64,000 nucleotides of DNA. Origin: an uncultured Rivularia sp. Its GTDB lineage: Bacteria; Cyanobacteriota; Cyanobacteriia; Cyanobacteriales; Nostocaceae. The stretch covers positions 1,344,001 through 1,408,000 of the forward strand of contig OY762007.1 in NCBI GenBank assembly GCA_963665115.1. The letters run 5' to 3'. Positions 1-8,943 of this stretch are shown one piece after another. The notes beneath the pieces are model-generated. The model did no database searches. It was not told where the DNA came from and saw nothing but the letters and a program-made list of their open reading frames with translations. A program made the position numbers and the translations under genes. Position 1 is the stretch's first letter; every line of letters starts with the position of its first letter.

Positions 1-46
1 TACAGGATTTGATACAGTCTGAGTATAAAAGTAATTTTCGGTCGTT

Positions 47-199
47 TTATTCTCGTAGCATCTTGACTAAAATCTGAGGTGCTGTATCCGTCTTAGGAGG
101 ATAAGTACCTTCAAAATCGTTATGTAATGGTACTCTAACTTGCACTAACATATTTAAGGAAAATGTAATGCTTGCTGCGAGCAATAATTTCTCTAACAT
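47..199 (-). CDS. small hypothetical protein (~50 aa) with hydrophobic N-terminus
   Basis: The ORF track starts at 292, but an ATG at 199 preceded by AGGAG gives MLEKLLLAASITFSLNML..., a signal/TM-like start. Confidence 0.55.
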   Translation of the reverse strand: MLEKLLLAASITFSLNMLVQVRVPLHNDFEGTYPPKTDTAPQILVKMLRE

Positions 200-461
200 A
201 ATTTCTCTCCTTCTCACCAAGTTAATGATTGGTAATTGCACTTTAATAGTTCCGGATATTAGCTTATGACCTGAAGTTTTTTTGTTGTACAAGTAATAGT
301 AAAACCGGGATAGCCTTAGTTTGCCCGCATATAGACGGTAATTAATAAATAAACCTATAAGAGTTTGTGAATGTTTGATGAGAACAGCATTAATTAAGAT
401 TAGTTAAAAGATGATTTAAAAGAACTAACGGTGTGTATGGGAGGCTTTATAGAGGCACAAA

Positions 462-1139
462 ATGGTACGAAATGATTCTTTAGCGCGTGTAGTGATGTTG
501 CTGTGCTTCGTCACGGCAATTTTATCTTTAACCCTTCATTGGCGAATGAGTACCTACAAAACGAACACGGCAAAAAATTCGGTTCGAGTTAGCACTCGTG
601 AACCTGAAGATTTTTTCGCACGACAAATTCAACGTTTTGTATCTGTGGGGAAAGATGTGGCGAAAAATTCTGTACCGAAGTCATCATCAAAGGCACCTGT
701 ATTAGCCTCTCCACAAAAAAGAACGAATAAACGTCCAAATGATGTATCTCCGCAGAAAAAAGTTGTAGTTGATTTGAGCGATCGCCGAGCTTATGTGTAT
801 CGTCAAAATACAGTTATCGCTAGCTATCCGATTGGTGTAGGTAAAAAAGGATGGGAAACACCTCTAGGAACTTTTGAAGTGATGCATAAGCAGCAGTTCC
901 CCGCATGGCAACATCCAATTACTGGTAAAGTCTTTGCCGCAGGACCAAACAGCCCTTTAGGAGAACGTTGGATTGGTTTCTGGTCTGATGGGCACAACGA
1001 AATTGGTTTTCATGGAACACCGGACTCGGAACTAGTAGGAAGTCCCGTATCTCACGGCTGTTTAAGAATGCGTAATCCCGACGTTCGCTTACTTTACGAA
1101 CAAATTAGCTTGGGAGTACCAGTGGAAGTACGGAAGTAG
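462..1139 (+). CDS. L,D-transpeptidase (YkuD/ErfK family)
   Basis: N-terminal TM anchor; VVVDLSDRR, TPLGTF, IGFHGT and SHGCLRM catalytic motifs. Confidence 0.93.
   Translation: MVRNDSLARVVMLLCFVTAILSLTLHWRMSTYKTNTAKNSVRVSTREPEDFFARQIQRFVSVGKDVAKNSVPKSSSKAPVLASPQKRTNKRPNDVSPQKKVVVDLSDRRAYVYRQNTVIASYPIGVGKKGWETPLGTFEVMHKQQFPAWQHPITGKVFAAGPNSPLGERWIGFWSDGHNEIGFHGTPDSELVGSPVSHGCLRMRNPDVRLLYEQISLGVPVEVRK
778..785. repeat. HIP1 octamer GCGATCGC (representative; also 1602, 6723, 10844, 14620 and many others)
   Basis: Palindrome recurs throughout the window; established cyanobacterial signature. Confidence 0.9.
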
Positions 1140-1140
1140 G

Positions 1141-1290
1141 AGAGGGAGATGGGGAGATGGGGAGATGGGAAGACAAGGGGACAAGGGGACAAGGTGAAGA
1201 ATAACTTACTCGCTACTTGCTACTTGCTACTTGCTAATTCCTAACCCCTAACCCCTAACTCCTACTCCCTACTCCCTACTCTCAACTCTC
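1141..1290. repeat. STRR heptamer arrays (GGGGAGA/GGGGACA, CTACTTG, CCCTAAC, CTACTCC)
   Basis: Tandem 7-mers directly visible between convergent genes. Confidence 0.85.
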
Positions 1291-1837
1291 AACTCTTCTG
1301 CTCAAAGTTTGGGGCGTAAGCCTGAAGTAAAGTGCTAACTTGACGTAAAACTTCGTTACCAGTGTTTTTACCAATAGCTTGACGTTCGGGGAAGAAGTCA
1401 GGTTTAGCAATGTAACGAGAAATTGCTTCTCCTACTTGTTGCGAAATGAATTCGTGAAGTTCTGTTTTCGCTCTTTGCCGTTGGTAAGCAGCACCTTCTT
1501 CTGTGGTGGCATACAGAGGCGGCAGACGGTTAAGTGCATAAGCGGCAATATCCCCTACATCAAGGGAACTTTCGCTAGTTGCTTCAATTTCCGCTACTCG
1601 TGCGATCGCCTCCGTTAACACCAACTCTTCCATGACGTTAATGAATTGTTTGCGAGGTACCGCCACTACCTCACCAGTTAATAATGCCCCCATTAATCTA
1701 TCAAGTGCCATGTACTCTTCTATAGAGAGTTCAGAGGCATTGTCGCAGATGCGCCCAACTTCAGCTTCCATTGCCGGTGTTAGATAACCATCCTGGAGAG
1801 CTTGTTCTACAATTTTTTCGATACTCATAACGCTCAT
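1289..1837 (-). CDS. late competence development ComFB family protein
   Basis: INVMEELV...DIAAYALNRLPPLYATT ComFB motif; start more likely 1837 or 1828 than 1876. Confidence 0.88.
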   Translation of the reverse strand: MSVMSIEKIVEQALQDGYLTPAMEAEVGRICDNASELSIEEYMALDRLMGALLTGEVVAVPRKQFINVMEELVLTEAIARVAEIEATSESSLDVGDIAAYALNRLPPLYATTEEGAAYQRQRAKTELHEFISQQVGEAISRYIAKPDFFPERQAIGKNTGNEVLRQVSTLLQAYAPNFEQKS

Positions 1838-1951
1838 TTTATTATCAACCACCCAAGCAAGGTAGGACGGTACCAATTTAATTTATTACTTTTACCCTAT
1901 TTGGATAAATAATACACATTTTACTGACAAAAGTAACGAATAACATCCCCA

Positions 1952-2890
1952 TTATTTAATTTCTTTGTAACGCCAGGGTACTGGATCTACAGCTTGTCCA
2001 TTAACGTATACACCCCAGTGTAAATGAGGACCTGTAGAAGCACCAGTAGAACCGATGCCGCCAATCAGTTGTCCCGGTTGTACAATATCGCCTTCTTTGA
2101 CGTTAATCCGATTCAGGTGCATAAAAATGCTAGTTACTCCTTGTCCGTGGTCAATACCTACTACGTTTCCGTGTACTTTGAAACCTTGGGATTCTCGACC
2201 GACTAAAGCAACACGTCCGCCTGCTGGTGCAACTACGGGCGAACCATAGCCTCCTGCGTAATCAACGCCGCGATGATAATAGTTATTTGCAAATTTACCA
2301 TTATAGTAGCGACGAACACCATAAATTGTACTAATACGTGAATTATTTGGTCGGCGGAAAAAACCGTTCCAATATTTTTGTGGCGTGACAAGTGCTTTAA
2401 AAGCTTTTACTCGATCGAGTTCGAGTTGTGTTGCTTTCAAACCTCCTTTACCGCCGCGTAAAGTAATTCTTTGTGTAGGAAATTTACGATTATTAACCCA
2501 TACAGCCAAGTTTCGCGTTGTTCCATCACCTGAAACTCGAATTACTTTCCTTCCGTATTTTTGTAATGGAGTAGTGGGAATAAAGGCACGGTACTGATTT
2601 GGTGCAATTTGAAATACTGGATAAGTTTTTCCGTTGCTAGTCACTTGTAAATTACCACCATTAGAAGGGTTATCGGGCGTTATCATCACCGATATTGTGT
2701 CCCCTAATTTTGGTGACGATGGATTTAACTGGACTTGTGCGGCTTCTGCTGCAACAGTTGCAAGGGTAATAGGAATCGCACTGGCAATACCTAGTGCAAT
2801 TCTGGCATTAAGATTTACTTTGACACCTTTAAAAATCGAATGAAGTAATCTGTTTCCAGAATTCGCTACTTTTTTAGCCTCGTTATTCAT
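1952..2890 (-). CDS. M23 family metallopeptidase (cell-wall endopeptidase)
   Basis: HRGVDY and TGPHLHW zinc motifs; N-terminal signal-like segment. Confidence 0.93.
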   Translation of the reverse strand: MNNEAKKVANSGNRLLHSIFKGVKVNLNARIALGIASAIPITLATVAAEAAQVQLNPSSPKLGDTISVMITPDNPSNGGNLQVTSNGKTYPVFQIAPNQYRAFIPTTPLQKYGRKVIRVSGDGTTRNLAVWVNNRKFPTQRITLRGGKGGLKATQLELDRVKAFKALVTPQKYWNGFFRRPNNSRISTIYGVRRYYNGKFANNYYHRGVDYAGGYGSPVVAPAGGRVALVGRESQGFKVHGNVVGIDHGQGVTSIFMHLNRINVKEGDIVQPGQLIGGIGSTGASTGPHLHWGVYVNGQAVDPVPWRYKEIK

Positions 2891-3295
2891 ATATCTCTAA
2901 ACACATTTATTGCTTCTGCTTGAAAACAGACGCTTTGTGTTGTGTGTAGTGTTTCCGACTTGCAAGATTTTTTTGTTTTAATGTTAGTTTTGTTAACTTG
3001 AATACATTTATATTTTATTTCTCAAGTTGTCAAGTGTTTTTAACTATTTATTGTTTACCGCTGTAATCAACAAGCCTTTCAAGGGTGAAAAGTCGAAAAA
3101 GCTTGACTGACGCAACACAACGAAAAGGATAATATTCCTTCTGGTTGAAACTTCCCTAACTGCTAACAGATTACTCAACATTTTCAAAGTAGCGCTAGTC
3201 CAGGGCATTTTGAACAGGAGAAGAAAATTTAGGATTTTATTTTATTGTTATTCGCTAATTTAATAGCATTGATAGTTTTTACAAAAACAAAAAAA

Positions 3296-3309
3296 GTAAC
3301 AAAATATAC
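3296..3309. promoter_or_regulatory. possible NtcA box GTA-N8-TAC
   Basis: GTAACAAAATATAC in the divergent intergenic region; no well-spaced -10 found, and chance matches are common in AT-rich DNA. Confidence 0.25.
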
Positions 3310-4144
3310 TTTATATTATCCACGAATATCAGCATAAGGAATTGTATCTATGAGTATAAAAAAATTAGATACTTTCGGGTAGGGCATTAGCGAGAAAAAA
3401 TATTTTCGTGCAGGTGCGATTGAGCAGTAAACCTGTTGTTAGAGTCAAGAAGCAAATGCGAACGATTAAATTTAGATATATAAAATTTAAATTACCTCAA
3501 AAACCCTAATCTAAAATTAATCAAAATAAGTGCTTGGCTTAATAAATAAACCAAGCATTATAAATTAGGAATTTTCAACTGGGAGAAGAAATTAATAATG
3601 AGAATAGACGCTTTATAAATAAAAATATGTTCGTAAATAACCAAACAATAAAATAACTATCAAACGCTGAATGATATTAATTAAATTTAATTTACAGCAG
3701 TTAATAAAGCTGTTAATAACACTTATTTAATATAGCGGGCTTTATACAAACTGCAAGTGAAGGCAGTGTATGAACAGTAATTATAATTATCAAGAAATAC
3801 AAAAATCGCTTGTTTATATCTTTCATTCTCCAACTCGAACGGATTCTATGACTAAAAAATAATTTTTCACCGTACAAGTAATTTCGTATGTATAAAAAGA
3901 TGTATTTAAGATGTAAACGAATAATTTTATTGTCAAAAGAAAAAGATAAGCTCTTAACAGACAAATAAAAACTTAGGTTTTTCCTTGTTTTATCAAAATA
4001 TAAGCTGTTTTGTCATTTTTTTGCAATAAATAAAACCAATAAGAATGTTTTTATTAAAACACTCTTAGGCAACAATAAGCGTTATTGTGCGTTATTATGC
4101 ATAGATTTTATCTATGATATTACGAAAACAAATTTAACTTAGAT

Positions 4145-4158
4145 GTAAACTAAGTTAC
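4145..4158. promoter_or_regulatory. possible NtcA box GTA-N8-TAC upstream of the FAD oxidoreductase
   Basis: GTAAACTAAGTTAC; pattern match only. Confidence 0.25.
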
Positions 4159-4247
4159 TTTATTTACTTCTTTTAACCCTTGCGGTAAACATTTCCGCAA
4201 TGGTAGCGTCTAAAACTGTTACAGGAGTTGAACGGAATTTGCTAATA

Positions 4248-6260
4248 ATGAAACGCTCGCTATCTTTACTTACTGTTTGCTCAACCTTGATTTCATTTTT
4301 AACCCCATTATCTGTTGTTGCTGCACCATCAAGAAGCGCAGATAAAACCGTAAAATGTGACATCTTGGTTGTAGGTGGTGGACTATCCGGTGTAGCTACT
4401 GCTTATGAAGCTTTACTTGCAGGAAAAGAAGTTTGTATAACAGAAATAACTGATTGGATAGGAGGACAAATTTCCTCTCAAGGAACATCCGCACTTGATG
4501 AACGTCCTACTCAACGTCAAAAACTATTCTATTCTCGCGGTTATTTGGAGTTACGAAAACGCATCCGTCAAACTTACGGTGAACTTAACCCCGGTGACTG
4601 TTGGGTAAGCGATTCTTGTTTCCTTCCTCGCGACGGTCACAAAGTATTAGTTTCGCTGCTCAAAAATGCTCAAAGAAAAGGTAAAGGAAAACTGCAATGG
4701 TTTCCTAACACTGTTATTAAAGAACTTGATATTAACGGTGGAAAAATAATTGATGGTGCTTATGCTATTCAACACAAACCGGCGAATGGTGCCCCTCCGA
4801 TCAATACCTTTACCTTATCTCAAACCATTGAAGATGCTTATACCTATGAAAATTCTTCGCGTTTAAGCAAATCTATTATCCGGTTTGTTCCCAAACAACA
4901 AAAAAACAGCGATGCTCCTAACTGGTATGTAGTAGACGCTAGCGAAACCGGCGAAATTATCGGGCTTGCGGATGTTCCCCATCGTCTTGGTATTGATGAG
5001 CGTTCTTACTTAGAACCTTCTTCTTCTAGTGCGACAAATGACCCTTACTGCACTCAAGGTTTTACTTATACCTTTGCAATGGAGACTACTAAGGACTCTC
5101 AACAACATGAGATGCCAAGCTTTTATCCGCAATATTCTCCTTACTACAGCTATGAATTAGAGCGCTTGGCTAGCTTCGAGTTAGTACATACCTATCGTCG
5201 TATTTGGAGTCCTAAAACAGGCGAAGCGATGAAATTTCGCGGTATTAATTTCACTGCTCCCACTCCTGGGGACATTTCCATGCAAAACTGGACTTGGGGT
5301 AACGATTACCGTCCGGGAACCGCTCAAGATAACCTGATTTATACTCGCGGGCAGCTTCAAGCCAGCGGACAGTTAGAACCCGGCGGTTGGATGGGAGGAC
5401 TCAGAACCGACGCTTTACGTAAAGGTGAGGAAATTTCCAAAGGGTATTTTTACTGGTTGGTTAGGGGAACTACGGATTCTCAACTTGGTGACGGTGTAAA
5501 GAAACTTCATCTAAATCATCGCTATCTCAAAGGTTTGAAATCTCCTATGGGAACGGCACACGGTTTATCAAAATATCCGTATATGCGTGAAGGAAGGCGT
5601 ATTATTGGTCGCCCTGGTTATGCACATCCCCAAGGTTTTTCTATTGAGGAAATTGATATTTCTCGCCGCGATTACACTGACGAATATTACCAAAAAACTT
5701 TACCTGCAAGAATGTATCGTCGTCTAAAAGCTTCTTTGGCGGGTTTAGAAGCAACATCAGTTCTTACTGGTCGGAAGCGTCCCGAAGACGTAGCGCGGCG
5801 GACTCGTTCTACGGTTTTCCCCGATGCGGTAGGTATTGGACATTACGCAATTGATTTCCATCCCTGTATGACAAAAAGTCCTCCAGAAGCGCCAGGGAAT
5901 ACCGAACGCGAAGGTGAAAGACGCGGTGCTGGACAGGCTTATCCATTCCAAATTGCGCTTCGGGCAATGATTCCTCAGAAAATTGATAACTTATTAATAG
6001 CTGGTAAGAGTATCGCTACAAGTCACATTGCTGCTGCTGCTTATCGCGTACACTCCTTTGAATGGTCTGCGGGAGCGGCTGCGGGAACTACAGCAGCTTT
6101 TGCACTGAAAAATAATATCGCGCCTTACGAACTGGTTGATGAATTACCTAGAATTGAACCCCAGTTGATTAAATTGCAGCGTTTGTTAAAACAAAACAAC
6201 AACCCAACTGCTTTTCCCGATACTTCAATTTTCAATGAAAACTGGAATGATTGGAAATAA
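4248..6260 (+). CDS. FAD-dependent oxidoreductase with signal peptide
   Basis: DILVVGGGLSGVATAYEA Rossmann motif, YMREGRRIIG, DNLLIAGKSIA; MKRSLSLL...VVA signal peptide (alternative start 4200). Confidence 0.85.
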   Translation: MKRSLSLLTVCSTLISFLTPLSVVAAPSRSADKTVKCDILVVGGGLSGVATAYEALLAGKEVCITEITDWIGGQISSQGTSALDERPTQRQKLFYSRGYLELRKRIRQTYGELNPGDCWVSDSCFLPRDGHKVLVSLLKNAQRKGKGKLQWFPNTVIKELDINGGKIIDGAYAIQHKPANGAPPINTFTLSQTIEDAYTYENSSRLSKSIIRFVPKQQKNSDAPNWYVVDASETGEIIGLADVPHRLGIDERSYLEPSSSSATNDPYCTQGFTYTFAMETTKDSQQHEMPSFYPQYSPYYSYELERLASFELVHTYRRIWSPKTGEAMKFRGINFTAPTPGDISMQNWTWGNDYRPGTAQDNLIYTRGQLQASGQLEPGGWMGGLRTDALRKGEEISKGYFYWLVRGTTDSQLGDGVKKLHLNHRYLKGLKSPMGTAHGLSKYPYMREGRRIIGRPGYAHPQGFSIEEIDISRRDYTDEYYQKTLPARMYRRLKASLAGLEATSVLTGRKRPEDVARRTRSTVFPDAVGIGHYAIDFHPCMTKSPPEAPGNTEREGERRGAGQAYPFQIALRAMIPQKIDNLLIAGKSIATSHIAAAAYRVHSFEWSAGAAAGTTAAFALKNNIAPYELVDELPRIEPQLIKLQRLLKQNNNPTAFPDTSIFNENWNDWK

Positions 6261-6266
6261 GTAAGG

Positions 6267-6463
6267 CAGTTATCAGTTACCAGTTACCAATTACCATTTT
6301 CGAGCTAAATTGTTGCAAACTAACCAGTAGAAGCGATTAGTATGCTCATCAGTTATTATTATCAGCGCGATAATTAACTATTCGCAGCCTAGTCAGAGAA
6401 AAATTCACCAGCTATAACCTTTGGGTGATAATTGATAATTGGTAATTGATAATTGGTAACTGA
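6267..6463. repeat. inverted pair of STRR arrays (CAGTTAC/CAATTAC vs GTAATTG/GTAACTG)
   Basis: 6267-6296 is largely the reverse complement of 6427-6463, around a unique core. Confidence 0.7.
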
Positions 6464-6538
6464 GAACCACTCATTGCTAACAATGCATTAAACTAATTAT
6501 TTGGAATGCATTTTATTAAAATCTGTAGTAAATTTTTT

Positions 6539-6867
6539 ATGGTTACTAAAGTATCGGCTAGTTTTTATGGGATGGCTAATGCACCAACTATAGCACCCGA
6601 GCGTTCGGGTCAAGTTACGCGCAAAACATATCCTAATTTTAAAGTTATTGTCCTTAACGATGACTTTAATACTTTTGGTCACGTTGCCGAATGTTTGATG
6701 AAATATATTCCGGGAATGAGTGGCGATCGCGCTTGGGAACTCACCAATCAGATACATCATGATGGACAAGCGATTGTTTGGGTGGGGGCCCTCAAGAACC
6801 TGCCGAACTATATCACCAGCAACTGCGTAGAGCTGGTTTGACAATGGCTCCCCTAGAGGCTGCGTAA
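6539..6867 (+). CDS. clpS: Clp protease adaptor ClpS (frameshift at 6784-6791, probably a sequencing error)
   Basis: YPNFKVIVLNDDFNTFGHVAECLMKYIPGM; the expected end PQEPAELYHQQLRRAGLTMAPLEAA* continues in another frame after GGGGGCCC. Confidence 0.9.
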
Positions 6868-6872
6868 AAAAA

Positions 6873-7172
6873 ATGGCTAAACCCACCTCTAAATCCGGTA
6901 GACTCGTTTGGAATCACTCTACTCACATCAACGGTCTTATCCCTATCCTCGAACGTCTCTGCAACCAAGATAGTATTCAAACCATAACACCAGGAGAAAT
7001 CCGTCGCGTAAGAGGTCACTCCCCTCATATGCAATTACGAGTATCGGTTCCAATTAGAGGTGGGTTTAAAATTATTGCACGTCACGGAAAAACCGTACAA
7101 GAAGTATTTATCCTCACGACTTTAGAACAAAATGAATTGCAAGATGCAATTTCTATTGCGATGAAGAAATAG
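6873..7172 (+). CDS. DUF2103 family protein
   Basis: GRLVWNHSTHI...TITPG...GGFKIIAR...QEVFI; downstream of clpS, as is common in cyanobacteria. Confidence 0.8.
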   Translation: MAKPTSKSGRLVWNHSTHINGLIPILERLCNQDSIQTITPGEIRRVRGHSPHMQLRVSVPIRGGFKIIARHGKTVQEVFILTTLEQNELQDAISIAMKK

Positions 7173-7249
7173 TTATTGATTGTTAGTTGTTAGTTGTTGG
7201 TTGTTAGTTGCTGACTAATATCAACTACCCACTATCCACTATCTACTAT

Positions 7250-7570
7250 CTAATCTTGAATTTGTCGCATGGCAAATTTATGTAGTGGCAAGCAGAGAAT
7301 ACAAGAAAATGTTAGGAAGTACGACAAAGCTGTAGTCATTCTTAAACTCATCAGTACAGCTTGCCATTCAAGTAAAACTATTTTCTCAATACCAAAAGCA
7401 ACGCAATAAACTAACCAGTACGAAAAGGTCATTCTAAACAGAATTTTCTCGGTTTGTTGCATTTCAGTTTCAAGCTGCTCTTTATCCCACAACAACACTA
7501 AACCCGCAATGCAAGCAAAAAACGAAAGCATTACAAAAAATTCATGACAGATAAAATTTATTTGATGCAT
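7250..7570 (-). CDS. hypothetical membrane protein (~3 TM)
   Basis: Three hydrophobic segments; ATG at 7570 preferred over the upstream GTG. Confidence 0.6.
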   Translation of the reverse strand: MHQINFICHEFFVMLSFFACIAGLVLLWDKEQLETEMQQTEKILFRMTFSYWLVYCVAFGIEKIVLLEWQAVLMSLRMTTALSYFLTFSCILCLPLHKFAMRQIQD

Positions 7571-7873
7571 AGCGCGTTTATTCAAAAACTTATCTTTAAA
7601 AAATAAGTTTAAAGGAATAAATGTTTGAAAGTAATACCTTTTTACAAAGTGCAATAGAATGATGGGATTCTTGTTAAGAAATACGATGAAACAATAATTA
7701 TTTTAACAGTTACGAGTTAGGAGCGAAGAGTTAGGAGTTAGGAGTTAGGAGTAGAGAGTAGCAAGTAAATCACTTTTTATTATTGTCATAAATGTCGCTC
7801 ATAGCGGTCCGTCTATTTTTACTCATCACTCATTACTTATTACTCACTACTTAAATAATATCCCCCCTTCTCC

Positions 7874-8362
7874 TTATTCCTCTACTTCACAAGCACCAAT
7901 ACTTACCCAATTACTGGAACCATCGCCATTATGTTCTTTTTTCCAAATAGGAGCATTATGTTTGAGAGTATCAATCGCGTAACGACAAGCATCAAAGGCT
8001 TCCGAACGATGGGGACAACCAACTGCGACTAAAACGCTGATTTCACCGATTTTTAAATGTCCGGTGCGATGATGAATTACTACACGGTTTGTATCCGTCC
8101 ACTTTTTCCGAATATCATCTGCAATTTGATAAAACACCCTCAGTGCCATTGGTTGGTAAGCTTGGTACTCTAAAGAAATTACTGGTATTCCATCGGTTTG
8201 ATTGCGAACTGTTCCACTCATTAACACAATTGCACCGTTGGCTGGGTGGTCGGCTAAACTATAAACTTCTGGAAGTGAAAGGGGTGCAAAAGTAATCGCG
8301 AAGTTATCTTCTGATTTGGGCTTGAGGGCAGAATTAAAATTAGTTGAAGTCAGCGAGTTCAT
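7874..8362 (-). CDS. moaE: molybdopterin synthase catalytic subunit MoaE
   Basis: GAIVLMSGTVRN, LEYQAY, HHRTGHL, HRSEAF, IDTLKHNAPIWKKE. Confidence 0.95.
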   Translation of the reverse strand: MNSLTSTNFNSALKPKSEDNFAITFAPLSLPEVYSLADHPANGAIVLMSGTVRNQTDGIPVISLEYQAYQPMALRVFYQIADDIRKKWTDTNRVVIHHRTGHLKIGEISVLVAVGCPHRSEAFDACRYAIDTLKHNAPIWKKEHNGDGSSNWVSIGACEVEE

Positions 8363-8943
8363 TACGGTTTTTTTATAATACTTAAGTGTATTGTCTTCTA
8401 TTTGAGACAACATATGAAGATAGGAGTTAGGGGTTAGAAGTTAAGAGTTTACAAATATTCCTCTGTCGTACCTTTGGCGAACAAAAGTTTTAACTAGTTA
8501 CTGCCTGCTGATTTTTCTTCTATAGCAAAAATACCAAATAATACGATTGTTTATTGTAGAATACGTGAATATACGTAATTAGCAAGATTATTCTTTATTG
8601 AACTTAAGGCATATTACTATAGTTTATGTAACGGAATTATCTCTGAAAAATTGTAGATAACCTATATAAATATGTTTTTACTTGGTAGCAACTTATTAAT
8701 AAAATTTCTTTGGGGGAAATTTATCCCGGTTGAAGTTTCTGATTATTGATTGGTGTTGGTATAAGTAATGAAAAGTAGCTGTAATCAACTGAGGATGTAG
8801 TAATACAATGGTGTTTGGTTCCCGATTATTGGCAAATAGCCTCACTAAACTACTTCCCGCTAATTTTTTCCTATTAATGAAATCTATATAACAGTTTGCT
8901 TTTCCGAATGCAAAGGAAATTCAGTAATAGTAGGAAAGATTTA

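Noticed and set aside
3713..3964. 83-aa ORF in the long intergenic region
   Set aside because: TTG start, AT-rich composition, no RBS or recognisable motif.
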